Shown here: piece after piece, positions 21,234 to 35,159 of the stretch
How positions within the stretch are numbered: the first letter of the stretch is position 1
Layout: every line of letters starts with the position of its first letter
NCBI RefSeq assembly: GCF_000315625.1
Contig: NW_005434669.1
Location: 1,163,659-1,227,658, forward strand
Direction of reading: 5' to 3'
DNA: 64,000 bases
Source of the DNA: Guillardia theta CCMP2712
Lineage: Eukaryota > Protista > Cryptophyta
Notes under the pieces: model-generated
What the model was told of the DNA's origin: nothing
What the model saw: the letters and a program-made list of their open reading frames with translations, nothing else
Database searches by the model: none
Position numbers and translations under genes: made by a program

Positions 21234-21639
21234 GTTTTAAGTTCAAACCAACCGAAAAATCAACAACTCCGCTTTGATTTGATTCACAAGTTTTCTGCAG
21301 ATTCCTCGTCTAAAGTATCAGAGTGACATGTTGAACCACAATTGCACAGGTTACAACTGCCTATCGATCCGAGTCGTGGATGAATAACCCGAGGTATCCA
21401 CCGCCGTCAAACGCGTTCACAGCAGCCCCTGGAGCAAACAAGTGAAAGAGTCGAGCCAGTTAAGAAGGGTTGATCTCCTTGATAACAGAGAAGATGTGAA
21501 GATACGTGGATGCAAGAGGATGAAGGAAGGGAACGAAAGGAAGATGCGGAGGGAAGGTGGGCCAAAAAGCTAAAGAGCAGGAGACGGAAGATGCTGCAAT
21601 GGCGCGCGGAATGGAAGTGGAGGGCGTGCGCCACACAAA

Positions 21640-22620
21640 GGGGGTGGGTGGAGAGTTGGGGTGGTCAGAGGTAACTGGATTGAGAAGAGGGGGTAGGGTC
21701 GTATCAGCTATGTCGAGAAATTTACGACATTGGTGGGGTGAAATTCATTGAAAAGGGTGGGGTCCATGTTGTGGGCGGGGATTCGGGGGTAGTGGTATTT
21801 CAGTTTCATGATGGTGGGGTTGGGTGGGGTAGAAAAGTTGGGTTCTATACCAATATCCGGTACATTTCCTGTGAAATAAGGGGTCCTGTTTGAAAGGATT
21901 GGGGTCGAGATGAAATTTGAAGCTTTCATAGGGTAGGGGTAGGGTACAATCTGAGATACATTGCTAGGCTCCGGTGGGGTGTATATTCTAGGGGTTGGGT
22001 GGTAACAAAAGTGATGAATTGGTAGGGGTAAAGTGCATACTGGTCGGAAAGGGTGTAGGGGTCATGTAAGAGGTCAGAGACTATATTGACCGTTCATTGC
22101 GAGGGGGTCATCGAGGACAAAAGTACGGGTAGGATATCGTTCATTTCCAGGGAGAAAGGTGGGTAGTAGCTACCTCTCGGACTGTCAAATGGTGCTGAGA
22201 TGCTTTGGAGTACCCCAGTAATGAGGGTAGGGTACTCAGTAGTTAACGAACATGAAATAGGGGGTGGTGGGGTACGAAATGATCTCTGTTTCCTATGGTG
22301 GGTACCGGGTCTGCTTTTCAGGGGTAGGGGTGTTTTCCCGTAAATTTGTGCCGTTTTGGGAGCTGGGGGACATTCGGGTACCATTAGGGGAGAGAAGGGG
22401 TAGGGTCCATCGATGATTTCTTGAAATTGCAAATCTGGAATGGGGGTGGGTCACTCGGACAGACGGGTCTATTTTCTATATAATCAAAGGGGTAGTTGTC
22501 TAGAGCCTCTTGGAGTCGTATGACGATCGAAAGGGTAGGGTATCTAGATTCGTGGGGAGGGTGGTGAGGGTAGTAGCGGGAGCTGGGTAGGGTACAAGTC
22601 GGTTGAGAGGGATGTGTGGA
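21640..22620 (+). other. G-skewed intergenic tract rich in GGGTAGGGG/GGGTGGGG words
   Basis: Many G3-G5 runs on the + strand and no credible ORF; lies between divergent genes. Confidence 0.7.
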
Positions 22621-23425
22621 CCAGAGGCAGCAAATCAAAGCCATCTGACAATTAAGTCAAGGGTGTGCTGCCCTTGTAAGACTTTTACTCAATCTGTGAA
22701 GCCTACTGCCATTGGTTTTCGGAAGAGTAGATTATATTTTCTGTCTTGCGAATTCCTCTAGTGATTTCACTGAGGCGAACTTGAATAATGCTTCTAAGAA
22801 AGTGAAAAGATGTTTTTTGCTGTCCCTGGGATCAAAGGAAAAGACAATCTGAGGCGGATGTTCTGTTGCACATAAGCCGCTCTGGCAGTGGAGACGGAGC
22901 AAGAGCAGGCAACAAGAGCACAAACAAGAGCATAGAGGGGGAGCAGGAAGTAAGAGGCAAGTGGTCTTGGGCTCAGCCTTCGATTGAAAGTCGGAGTAGC
23001 CATGGGCAATAAGATATCAACAAGTGAAACCTTGGATAAAGAAGATTTGGAAAAGGTAAGCCACGACAACCAAAAACCTTTCTGTGCTTGAAGAAGGGAT
23101 GGGCGAACAGTGAAAGATAGACGGGCGGGAGGGCAGAGATGTAGGGGGGCAGAGGCAGGTAGAGGAGGCTGCTTCAGGATAATGTTATGGGTAACAACAC
23201 TAAAACAGTAAATGGGAGGCATGTCATGATTGATGGAAGGAAAGGTGATTTAATCGAACTTGCAATGGGATGCAGGGGATGTGTCAAATCAATACATCAC
23301 GATATGTCCCCATAACCTAAGAATAGAGGAAACGATTACAATTTAGATATGTAGAAGACGAGTTTGCATAAACCAGACAGGATAGGGGAGGACCACTCCA
23401 ACAGCAAGTGCCTGAAAAATCCTCA

Positions 23426-24518
23426 ATGGGGGGTTAGAAAAATTCTACCTCAGACAAGAGGACTCGAAACCCCAGATGACAGGATATGAGTATTGCACGT
23501 GACATACTTCCGGCTTATACTTCTCACTTCGAATGAACCCTTGCATGAATAGATTGAAGAACTAAAGATGATCTCCAACTTTTCGGACAAAGAGCTTAAC
23601 AGGTTGGTGATGCCAGATATGCTCTTGCACTCTTTGTTCCGAAACTGAATTGCTTACATCTCACTTTGCCGTTAAACAGATTAATACGAATATTCAATCA
23701 GCTTGATGCTGATAAGAGCGGAACTGTTGTACGTAGTTTTCTGTTTCTCAATGAATCTAATTTCTGATTGTTACAGGGTACCCAGGAGCTTTTTCAGATG
23801 AAAGAATTCAGAGCTAACCCCTTCATACACCGGTGGAGCTCTGTGTTCCATTGTTCAGCTGGCTGAAACTGTAGAAAAGGATAACAAAAGTCTCGCTGGG
23901 CAAAGAAGATGATGGCGACAACACCTCTCTGAGCATCCAAGAATTTGCGCAACTGATGTGAGCACTCAGCTTCATCCACGATTTTACGATGACAAATAAG
24001 CAGGAGTGTGTTTAGTATAAGAGCCACTCGCGAACAAAAACTGAGGTTTGCTCAGTCCTGAAAGTTCAAAAATTGACATGCTCTTTTCTGTAGATATGCC
24101 TTCAAAATATATGATGTTGATGGTGATGGAAAGGTAAACTATGTGATTCGTGGATAGCGCAGTTTATGTAGGGATAAGGCGTAGCTTTGCAAGACTAAGC
24201 CAATTTTCTATGCTGACATGGATATCTTGTCTGAAGATTTCTAAAGAAGATCTTAGAGAAACCCTTCAGCTCATCACCATGTCAAACGATGAAGATTTCC
24301 TTGAAGAGGTTTTGAATCAGGTATTTTGCAATCAATGCAAAGTAACCAACTTAAAGCTGTCAAAGGTGTTTCAAGAAGCTGATACTGATGAAGATGGTTT
24401 CATTTTGTTCGAAGACTTTTCTAAGGTTGCTCCCAGGAGCGCATTGGGTTAGCGGTTTACATTGCGGCAGGTGGTTATGAATTCAGACATCGAAGGCAAG
24501 CTTACCATCGATTTCTAG
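23426..24518 (+). CDS. Calcineurin B / CBL-like EF-hand calcium sensor, about 8 or more small exons
   Basis: Spliced read: IEELKMISNFSDKELNR|LIRIFNQLDADKSGT..NPFIHR..EQKLR|YAFKIYDVDGDGK|ISKEDL..|VFQEADTDEDGFILFEDFSK|VVMNSDIEGKLTIDF* (TAG 24516-24518). Start exon uncertain. Confidence 0.85.
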
Positions 24519-26699
24519 CCTATTTCTCTGAAAAATCTCATACTAAAAAGGACTGTATCGCATTGTATGTTTATTTGTAAATGATTTTGCTTCTACAAAT
24601 GCCAATCGATTCAATCTGAAGATCATGCCATTTCGTTACAAAGATTGGATTTAATCTTCCCATTTTCTTTTGCTTGCAATGTATCGAGGAGAAGTACACA
24701 ACGAATCACGGATATCTTATTTATTTACAGTATTGTTCGAACATGAGTTGAATTTTCAATATGGCTACTATTTACAACTGATTTACATTTCTTGGATTGG
24801 CGCAATCTCGCAGAACGAATCTCGTCCATCAATTCTTTTCCATCGCTCTTGACGCGAATTGCTACACATTTTTCATTACTTGGCTGCACATCGGGTTTTT
24901 CCATGTTGTCAACAAACGCTTGCTGTGCCTCGTTCAGTCTGAAACATTTTCTTCTTCGTGTGAGGCTGATCTCATGGATGACAATCTTCCTGCTTGATGG
25001 TGTATTGATCGATTCGGTACAGTCCGTGTAATGCATGGCAGATCCTTGCTAGTGCTGGAGGGCGGCACTCGACGAGGGTTTTGTAGGGTGCTCCGCGTGA
25101 CTCGGTAATCATGTAAATTACTACCAGGAACTTGCTGACATGATGGGTTCTACGATGTCATCCGCTGACTTCTTGGCCAGTCATGGAAGCTCTTAAAATA
25201 GTGTTTTAGCCGAAATCAGAGAGGTCGCAGGGTGTAGAGGGGACCTAGGGAGGATATAAGAGAATCGCTATGGGCTATGCCCCACATCGATTTGTTCCTC
25301 ACCCCGAGATCTGGCCGAGATGTCATCAAGACCTCGGGCAGGTTATCAGAACGTTTTAATTTCGTTTTCGATTTCTGTACTTCTTCAAGGATATGTATCC
25401 AAAACCCAAACGGTTAGGATCTCGCCGCCTGTCTGAAATGTTCCAACTCTTTCTGGAGCGAGCGTTGTGGCATACCCCGGTTTTGCTTGAGCACTTCAAA
25501 AGGAATACATCACCCAAGCACTGCAGGTGTGCTTTTTGGAGGAATCCTGAGATTCCTGTAAAAATCCCTCGTGACTTCTTCACCGAAATCCGTGACTGAC
25601 GAACGTTGCTTGGAATCTTCTTGTAGTAAATATGGTCTCACGGTCTCATCGGAACGGGGTACTTTCCGATGTGAATCAAGACAGGGGTGGTCCCAGTATA
25701 AAACGGTCACATGGGACTGATGACACGCTGACGCAGCAAAACCTGATCTCGCCTTGAAGCTCCACCGTCTGTCTAGCTAGACGTGACGAGATCTTTCGGT
25801 CCGCATGACCAGAACCCCTTGGATTTCTCAACCCAGGATACTCCTTCCATTTTAATTAAACTCCTTCACTTGTCTCGAAGATACCTTCTGCATATCACTA
25901 GAGATGAGATAAGAATCCTTGGTCTTCCTCTCCCTCCTCTTGCCTCTACCCTCTCCCTGTCATTTGTTTCATTTCTGCTTTCCCTTTCATCATATCCTAC
26001 CTCGGAAAGGAAACTTCACACGGCCATTTTGGATATTACGGTATCGGTGCAGATTGCAGATTTCGAGCTCTTATTCATTCATAGGAGGTTGTGGAAACTC
26101 TACTTCACACATTCTTGCCATGTCTTGCACAGAATGTTCTTTTGTCTTTCAATCGTTTCAAAGAAAGAACGTCAAAAAGATGTTCAGATTGAGTATTTCA
26201 CAACAAGCATATGTTGAATCAATGCCAAGCATGGAAAGCAAACAACAGTCCTTGAATCCGCAATTAGGACAGTATTACTTCAACTACAATGGAGAGAGAT
26301 TGTTGAATTCCATCCAAACAGCCAAAAGTAAATACTGCCTTCGAAAGAAGAGAAAGGCAACCAACGACTCTCCTTCCAATCAGCAAGTGCTTGGAGAGAT
26401 CATTCAAGAGTCGAACAGATATCTCTCATAGCTATACACTCAGTTAGAGAGTTTAAGCTAAGCATGTAAACCTACAATAAATCAAGATCCCACTCCATCC
26501 TGTGCTGATGAACCTCATTGAAATGAGGCAGTGACGCTGCATCATTCAATGATTAAGCCAGTGATGTTCACATAGCGACTCTGAGATCCGGATCGACATC
26601 TGACTGCATACCTTGAACATACTCAGTACGCAAGAGCTCCCAGCAGTGATGAATTTTCCTCAGTCTCACGGTCAGTATTGAAGTGACCGTACATAGCAT

Positions 26700-27430
26700 C
26701 ACGGTTAAATGTCGCCGGAGTCCACTCAGCCTGGCCGCCCGGCAGTGTGGCATCCGATGATCAGTGTACGGGGGCCGCACTATCACTCAGTCACCGTAAG
26801 GCTCAAAGTTAAGTTCAAACACTTGAGGCTCAGGTCACTTGTGATCGGACTGTCCCTGAGGCTCAGGTCTCACTTGCCAGTGCCACACTGTGACAGTCGG
26901 ACTGTCCGAACCGGAAGTCTGTCAAGCCCGGGCCACTGCCGGCCCCCAGGCCCCCAGGCCCGGCGGCCCGGTCGGACACTGGCCAGCGACCGTACGGCCC
27001 GGGGGGTTCTCCCGGGCCGACTCACCCTCGGCCGCCGCCGCCGAGTCCGCCATCCGACACTGCGGCTGCCGCAAACTGATCAGTGAGAGTCAGGCCGGGC
27101 TCCGAGCTCGGCAAACTTGGCTTGAAACTCGGAGCGGCGGCCCGCTGAGCGGCGGCCGCCGCCCGGTACGGTACTAGTCCAAAGTCACGCAGATATCCGA
27201 CTGTCACATTCATCGACCTTAGTTGCAACAAGACAGTTTTTGCTCAAGACCGAGTTTAATGCACACAAAACCAGATTTGAGGAGCACATGAGAGATAGAC
27301 TGTATGCTAGCGTACGGTACCTCAGTGGCAGTGGGCCGCCGGATCGGACTGCGATCCGATCCGATGATCCGGCGGTGATCGCCGCCGGACTGAGCCTCAG
27401 GCTCGGAAAAAAGTTTGACCGTATCCGGGA
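26700..27430. promoter_or_regulatory. GC-rich palindromic-word island upstream of the gene at 27458
   Basis: Dense CCGG, GGCC, CTGAG/CTCAG, GACTC, GTAC and GATC words, non-coding. The regulatory role is inferred from position only. Confidence 0.45.
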
Positions 27431-27457
27431 GTCACTACTGGCAAGGTCAGAGTCGCA

Positions 27458-29020
27458 ATGGAGCCGCAGCGCCGTCAAGCTGCGGTGACTCAAAAGCAAG
27501 CGCAGGTAACGAGGAGTCGGAGAAGTCGGAGGGAGGAGGTCCCGAGGGAGGAGGGAGTGACCGAGAAGAGAAGCCGGGAGAGGGAGAAGGGAGAAGGGAG
27601 GATGACAGACTTTTTTGCGACAGAACGAGCGGCTGGAGAACTTGATAGTGTCTTCGACCATCTCAGCGTTTCACAAAGACGCGTTGCTGATGCCACTGCC
27701 TGGAGACTTGACAAGCGTGAGCAAGGGCTGTTTGGGATCTATCTTTGAACTAAGACGTCGATTCATACGCTTCAGATCAAGAATCATATTGTTGTGACAT
27801 TGAAGAGAAACAACGGTTGTCCAGAGGATATTCTAGGGCAAGGTTGTTATTAACTTATTGAGCAGATTCGGCATCAGCACGAGTTGGAGTTGGACTAGAA
27901 ATTCAAATGATTGCCCTGGTAGAAATTGTATCATCAACCTGAAAGTTGACTTGTAGTGAAGGGCCAATTCTTGATCACATCCGTTCTGCCGAATGTGACT
28001 TGTTCTCTAGTCGCCTTCCGACTTGATTCAATGATTGCCAGGGATCGGCAGCAAACTGTGGGAGAATCTTTCCAGGGATGCAACTTGTTGCAGTCAATGA
28101 CATCAGACTAGTGGATAAGAAACTACACGTAAGGAATTTTGAGCAGGTTATGAATTCTGAGCAAGAATTCAACATTTGTGATAGGATGTTTCAAGACTCA
28201 TCCTTGGAGAGCCGAACACGGAAGTCAAACTTACGCTCATCAAGGCATGATTGCTGGCTGAGGGGTTTTCAACGACATGACTGCATTGTTTTGCAGAGCT
28301 ACTTCACAGACGCGGAGAAGGTAAATGACTTCATTGATCGATGTTAATGAAATCGATTCCTGTCAGTCCATCAAACATGGCTTGCAGCTTACCAATCAGA
28401 GTCTGACTCAACTGATTGAGGTGGGGTCAAACCAACACAATTTGTCCTCATAGCATGATTCGTGTGTATGTTGTACGTGACGGATTAGGTACAGAACTAC
28501 AACAATGCAAGATTCAGTCAGCGAGGATACGATGGTGAGTCCTTGACCTTTTGCTCCATGTTGAAGATGTTCTCTTGCTTCCTGGTCGGAGCTGGGGCTT
28601 CTGACTTACGTTTTGTGACGTATGATATAATACTGTTTGTCGAGCAGGCTACCAGGTCATCGCTAGCTTGCCAATGATACAATGATCGTGACTTGGAAAT
28701 CTCAGGAGCCATTGGTTCCAACCCGAATCGTCAATTTTGCTTACAAGCAGGAGGAGGAATTTGCAGGCAGAGGACATGTCAGCTCACACATCTTTTACAG
28801 CAGCTCGTCGTTACCTCCTGCTACACCTCAGACTCCTTTCACTCCGATGCAACATGTTCCAGCAGCAATGGTCAACGGCCAGTTTCCTACGGTGAAAGCA
28901 GCTCCGGCCGGCGCTGAGTTTCTGCGGCGAATGGTTTAAGAGCTGTTGCACATTCTCAGCAGCTCAGCAGCAGCACGCTGTCCAAGTCCGTAAGCATTCA
29001 GCCGACGACGTCGACAGAAA

Positions 29021-29051
<31 letters not shown>

Positions 29052-29226
29052 GGCAGGATCAGAAGCAGGGGCAGGGGCAGGGGCAGGGGCAGGGGCAGGA
29101 GCAGAAGCAGGGGCAGGGGCAGGGGCAGGGGCAGGGGCAGGGGCAGGGGCAGGGGCAGGTGCAGGTGCAGGTGCAGGTAAAGGAGCAGAAGCAGGAGCAG
29201 GAGCAGGCGCAGGCGCAGGCGCAGGC

Positions 29227-29300
<74 letters not shown>

Positions 29301-29378
29301 ATTCTACCGGCTGTTTGGGAGCAGCAATCTCTTCAAGTCAGTGAGCGTGAAGCCATCGGTATCAACGGTTGGGGGACG

Positions 29379-29416
<38 letters not shown>

Positions 29417-29478
29417 CAGAAGCAGCAGAAGCAGGTGCAGGTGCAGGTGCAGGTGCAGGTGCAGGTGCAGGTGCAGGT

Positions 29479-29527
<49 letters not shown>

Positions 29528-30848
29528 ACAACCAACAAACCAGTCTGACAGTGCCGCGCGAGCCCGTACGTTACATGATGACGATCAAGAAGAAAGTGAC
29601 TGTTTACAGATGAAGAACATAGAAGTAAAGAGCGCTGGAGAACTAGCAAGTCATTTTGTTCCGCTGAGCCATGTGAATCGAAAACTTGAAGTTTCCTGGG
29701 TGACTGACTGTCAACAAGGCGAGTTCTCAGCAAGCAGGAGGGCAGCAGATGGTTGGAAGAGAACCAGAGAATGCAGGGAATGTGCATGCGGAAGTTGGAG
29801 AGCTGCTAGAAGATGAAGAAAGTATTCCTCATGATCCTTTCGATGTTGAGAAAGAGCAGCAGGGTATGTTATGACTGCATGCTTGTGTTTGTTTACAATT
29901 GACAGCTTTACCCAGGGGCTCCTCTATCATCAGATTTATCAAAGTGTGTTATAAAGATTTCTTTCTGTTTGTTGTTCCTTGTAATCTCTTGCGTTCAGCT
30001 GGCCGATCAAAGCGTGCAGTCAAGGAGTTTCTCTGCAAACAGTCCTGATGAAAACGGACGACAAGACCTCTACGGTCGCTGTGGTACTTGATATTGAGAG
30101 TATGCTTTTCTTTCTAATGACCTTGCGCTGTCAGACCCAGACAGGACGCTATGAAGAGGTCAGAAGGAAATCTTGCTTTCTCAAAAATGATCCATGTTGT
30201 TAGGTTGTTGTCCTCAAAGTCTTGCAAGCATCAGGTAAGAACATTTCTTCTTCACGTGTGTTTGCGCTCACTTTCTTTCAGCCGATTCAAGGATGAAACG
30301 CAGAATGATGCGGGAGGTGCTATACTTTTCTGCCCGCCCCGTTCCTCCTGATCGTGCATCAACCTCTTCTCCTCCCCCTTCACTCTCCCTCTTCCTCCTC
30401 CTCCTCTGAGCGACATCAAGGTCGAACTGCTCTCGCACGTTCTACATCCCAACATCATTCAGGAATTTTCGTCTCCTCGTGCTTCAGTTCATAACCTTCT
30501 CAGCAGTCGAGGAACCGAGGGAGGGAGGAGGATGGTCGGGTTTGGACTTGGAACTCGTACGCGTACGGCTTGTAAGCATGGAAGGAGGCGGAGAGGGGAA
30601 TGGCGATAAGGAAGAGCTTGAGAAAAGTGAGGGGAGGTAGAGGGAAGGAGAGCAAGGGGGATCAAATGATTTTGAAGAATTTCTTATCTTCTTGCAGGAA
30701 AGTTGATTCTTTTATACAAGAATATGAAGTGATGCAACCAGAAGTTGTAGCCCTGGTCGTGAAAGGTAAAATTAATGTTGACAAGATAATCAAAAGCGAC
30801 ATCGTGAATGTCATCATCATCATCATTATCATCATTATCATCATAATT

Positions 30849-30939
<91 letters not shown>

Positions 30940-32456
30940 AGCAGCAGCAGCTGCTGCTGCTGCTGCTGCATTATCATCGTCATCGTCGTCGTCGTCGTCA
31001 TCATCATCATCATCATCATTACTGCAATGTTCTCAACAGGCTGCAGGTACACTTCAAGCTCTCGAAGCGATTCATGCGATGAATGTAAACGGAAAGATTG
31101 TTTTGTTGGAATGTTCTTGAGGAGCCAACAGTTCATTCATCGCGACATTCAACCCAGACACATCATGTATGATCGAAGAACAAAGAGCGTCAAGGTGAGG
31201 AGTGAACAGAACGTAATTGGAGGAGAGGGGAGATGTGAGCAACGTTGCAGTTGATCGATGCTGGACAAGCGATCAAGATAGGAAGCAGGAACATTGACAG
31301 GTCTCTTCTTACCCCCTCCCCTCCCTCCCCTTCTCCTCCCTCTCTCTGATTTCTTCTACTCCTCTGTTCTTCCTGCAGCTTTCTTTGCATGTGCTTTATC
31401 ATTCCTCATCCATTTTCTCCTCCTCCTCTTCCTCTTCTTCCTCCTCCTCATTTCTTGTACCTGCAGCAACCTTCTCGAGGCCAACGCTTTCTTCCTCGCG
31501 CCAGAGCAGGTGGGAACAAGTCTCTTCCTGCAAACCTCAACAAATCCTCACCACCATCTTTTCTCTCTTCTCATCTGCTCCATATCTTCTGCGCTTCTTC
31601 CGGTTTCTGTGCCCCTTCACCGTTTCCTGTGCCCGCACTCCTCCTCCTCCTCTTTCTCCTCCTATTGTCCTGACGGTTCCTCTCAAGATCCGGGAGGATC
31701 TCTTTCTCTCTTCCTCCTGCGACATCTGGTCAGTCGCAGTCCTCATGTTCTACTGCTCTACAGGTCGTCACTTCCTCCTCTCCTCTCCTCCTCTTGACCT
31801 TCCGTCCTCTCCCTCTCTATCTCCTTCTTCACGTTCTTACAGTAGTCAATTTCCTCCTAACTTCAACTTGCTCGCTCCGACTGCCCCCTCCCTACCTTTC
31901 TCACCTTCCCAACTTGTCTCCCTGCTCTTCTTCTTTCTCACTTGCTGATCCACCAGGTCAATTTCCCTTTGGAAAACAAGGAGACTCCATCAAGGAAATC
32001 TCCGACAAGATTCTCACTCAGGTGCTAGAGCATAACCTGTCCTGTCCTGTCCTGTCCTGCACTTTCTAGTATCTTTCCTTGCCTTGCCCTGTGATTGCTG
32101 GCTTTCTGATCTAGTTCTTCTTCAGCCGCACCGAGATATCGTTGCTGCCAGTCAAGGAAGAATTTCTCTCAAGTTCAAGAAGGTGAAATCATCTCCCGTC
32201 CTTCCTGCTGTTTGAACTCCCCGGTCCCTCTTGTCCTATCCCTCTCCCTGTCCCTATCTCTTGTTTTCCTCGAATCTAATTCTGAGACCTCGCACTCCTC
32301 GTCCTGCTCCTCTCGCCTGCTCTGCTTTTGCACATTCCTTTCCTTATCCTTTCCGTGTCACTGACGTGAGATGCACAGTTTTGCGACGAAATTCTCATCA
32401 AGGACGTCGAAAGGAGGATAGCTTCGGCGCAAGAAGCAATTCAACTTCTGATCTAA
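27458..32456 (+). CDS. Intron-rich gene with a C-terminal divergent protein kinase (likely pseudokinase) domain; may be two genes
   Basis: Exons read FIHRDIQPRHIMYD..VK|LIDAGQA, FFLAPEQ|IREDLFLSSSCDIWSVAVLMFYCST|GQFPF, FCDEILIKDVERRIASAQEAIQLLI* (TAA 32454-32456). Linkage to the 5' exons (27458-30100) is uncertain. Confidence 0.65.
29022..29527. repeat. Two (GCAGGN)n hexamer arrays (29022-29299 and 29378-29527)
   Basis: Visible blocks of GCAGGA/GCAGGG/GCAGGT/GCAGGC. Confidence 0.95.
30811..31019. repeat. Compound (CAT)n/(CAG)/(CTG)/(CGT) microsatellite, intronic
   Basis: Visible; lies between donor AAG|GTAAAA (~30766) and acceptor CAACAG (~31039). Confidence 0.95.
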
Positions 32457-32565
32457 CATCGCCAAATTCGTGATAGAATGCATTGACACTCGTAGTATTT
32501 TTCTATCATCCCAGTCTTGCATCGACTCTTTGTTGACAGATTTTCTCTTGTTTAACAAGAAGTCA

Positions 32566-33122
32566 TTATTGTGCATTCTTGTCACTTTCGTAATACAGAG
32601 AACCCCGGTGTGCTGGAGGACTGCAGGGGATAGGAATGAGGTTGTTGGGTGAGGGTGGTGAGAAATGATCAGCAGGAGAGTCAAGATGGTCTTGCAAAGG
32701 TGACCCGGACTGAGCTACTGAGAAAAGAAGTCAAGGAAAGCGATGAAGTTGATCGGAAAGTGCAGGGTGGAGGAGGAGAAGGTTGGGAGAAGGGAGAAGG
32801 AGAATAGAAAGAAGGAGGCTAGAGAGCAGGAGGAGGCAAGAGATAAGTGAGAGGAGTGCACGAGGAAGAGGAAGCGAGGGAGGAGGTGCAAGTGAATGAT
32901 AATAGGGGGGGGGGTGGGAGGGAGGAGCGACTGAGAAAACTCAAACCTTTCAGCTGTCTTTTCAGATCTTGAAGAGTTTGAGTCAAAGCAGCAATCTCAC
33001 CTACATCAGCATTCACTCAACATCTCCATATACTGAGACTCTTCAACTTCATTTGCTCTGTTTGCATCTTCCCTTCGTCTTCAATTGTGGTCAACCATGA
33101 CGACAACATAGCAAAATGGAAT

Positions 33123-33197
<75 letters not shown>

Positions 33198-35081
33198 CGA
33201 CATGTCCGTCACCTCGTAGCTTGTCATTCAAATGCCTTTCTCCCATCATCGCTCTCTCGCAGGCCTCAAGCTCCTCGTCTCGCTGAGCCACAGCAGCCTG
33301 AAGCAACATGAGGCACAAGAGATGAGCAAGAAGCGTGAGAAGAGGGGAGGGGAGAAGAGGGGAGGGAAGGGTAGAAGAGGGGAGGGGAGGGGAGGGGAGG
33401 GGAGGGGAGGGGAGGGCACAGCACCAAAGGCAGAGGGAAGGCGATGTTCTACCTGCATTCGCTGCTTCGCCATCTCCATAGTTTGTTGGAAAAGTTTTTC
33501 TACTCAAAGTGATCTACGTCAGTATGCAGACGCAGCTGTGGAACGAAAACAAGACAGGGAGAAGAGAGAAAAAAGAGAAAACGAATGTGTAGGAGAGAGG
33601 GACAGGAAGGAAGTGGGGGAGAAAGGGAGGAAGGAATGAGTTTGAGGGAGGGGAGGAGGGAGCGAGGGAGAGAGCGAGAGGGGGAGGAAATAGATGTATG
33701 AAGGTTCGAGAAATAACGCAAACGTTTGTATGTCTTACTTTGATTGCTGGAGATCTGAGATCGCTCATGCGCATCCTCTCGTGACTTGCAATATGTTTTT
33801 ACATTTCTTCGCAATTTCTTCTTCTCCTTACCTCCTCCAAAGCCTTTTCAAGCAACGTTGTCTCTGTTTGCAACTTGTGCAACTTTGCCTTGTAGTTTTC
33901 TTCCAGTCTGCCTTTGATTTCAGACATTGTGGATGTAGCGAAGAAGTGAGTTACAGGATGATGTTTTTGTTTGCACTGCACACAGCAACTCTGAGTTCTT
34001 CGTTCTCTTCAATTAGTTGAGTATTCTGCAACCTGCTGTCATCGTTCGGTCGGGCCGTCGGTCGGTCGGTCGTTTCCCACTCACATGAATAACTTGTTTG
34101 GTGAATGCGTCTTGTAAGCTTGTCAACTCCATCTGATAATGTGTCAGCTCCACATGAAGGGACATCAAGCCGAACTTCCAAGCCTTCTCCGTACCTGAAG
34201 CTCGCGTTTCTCTTTCGACAACTTTTCTTGTTTGATCTGGCAACTTCCAGCATGGGAGTTAAAGCAAGAGAGAAATATTGGCTGCGCTTGCACCTTTTCC
34301 ACAATTTCTCCATCAAGTTCACATGCTTGAAGCAACAGTCGTTGACGTTGGTCGCCCTCAGTTGCAACAAAACTTGATGATCCAACTCGTCAAATTCTTC
34401 CGACAGCGATATTGACATGTTTCCTCCCATCACTTTGCTCTCGTTTAAGTTTTGCAATGGTCTGATCGCTTCAGTGATGGGGACCTTGAGCAATCAATCA
34501 AGGGTAAGAGAAAAAGAACAAAACTCAATTGACATGTCATATCAAAATTCAAACAATCAGAACAGGTAATCTAGCAGCATTTACCTGATATTCTGCTGTC
34601 CCGTTGGAGCTTATTTCTTCGAACAAGAACTCGTAAACAAACGCCGCAGCTTCTAGTTCTTCCCCCATCTTCGTGTTGTGACCATGAGCGAACCCGATCA
34701 CATCTCCATGCGTCAGTGATTGCTTGCTGACTCGCCGTCTGTTCACAAATAACCCGTTAGGACTGCCATTGCATATGATCTGCCATCGGCATTCATCCGC
34801 ACGGCCCCTGAGCCTATGCAGGTCCATCCAGGCGTGAGCTCGAGAGATTCCCTCCCATGCCAGCTCAACGTCCGACCGCGAGTCTCTTCCAAAGGTCCTG
34901 AGAAGCTACTGAGCGCAGCGAGGAGCGAGCAAGGAACATACAGGCACTGGTGATGCGTCAGATCCACTACCTTGCCAGCCATCAGGCGTGTGTTGCTCTT
35001 CTCTCGCGCATCAGTCTCGTCGCTTCTTTCCTCGCCCTCCCACCATCGCTGCACAATCAATCTTGCGCTCAGACTCGTCAT
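32566..35081 (-). CDS. FHA-like domain + long coiled-coil protein, multi-exon
   Basis: WQIICNGSPNGLFVNRRRVSKQSLTHGDVIGF matches the C-terminal half of FHA; coiled-coil exons follow (EIKGRLEENYKAKLHKLQTETTLLEKALEE); predicted stop 32566-32568. Confidence 0.6.
33121..33193. repeat. (CAT)n(CAG)n microsatellite, intronic
   Basis: Visible array. Confidence 0.9.
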
Positions 35082-35159
35082 GCCAGGCTGCTCAACTGAC
35101 CGCCATCTTGGGGATCAAATGTCAAACTTCAAGTTCAAATTTTCAAAATTTCAAATTTT

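Noticed and set aside
22670-23400. AT-rich coding-like minus-strand fragments (possible transposon relic)
   Set aside because: No recognisable motif, terminal repeat or consistent frame.
24620-26430. Possible small spliced genes on either strand
   Set aside because: I could not assemble a consistent exon chain or recognise a domain.
18049-33507. Poly-R, -S, -L, -AK, -M, -I, -D and -A ORFs
   Set aside because: Translations of microsatellites, mostly intronic. Whether the GCAGGN arrays at 29.0-29.5 kb are partly exonic is unresolved.
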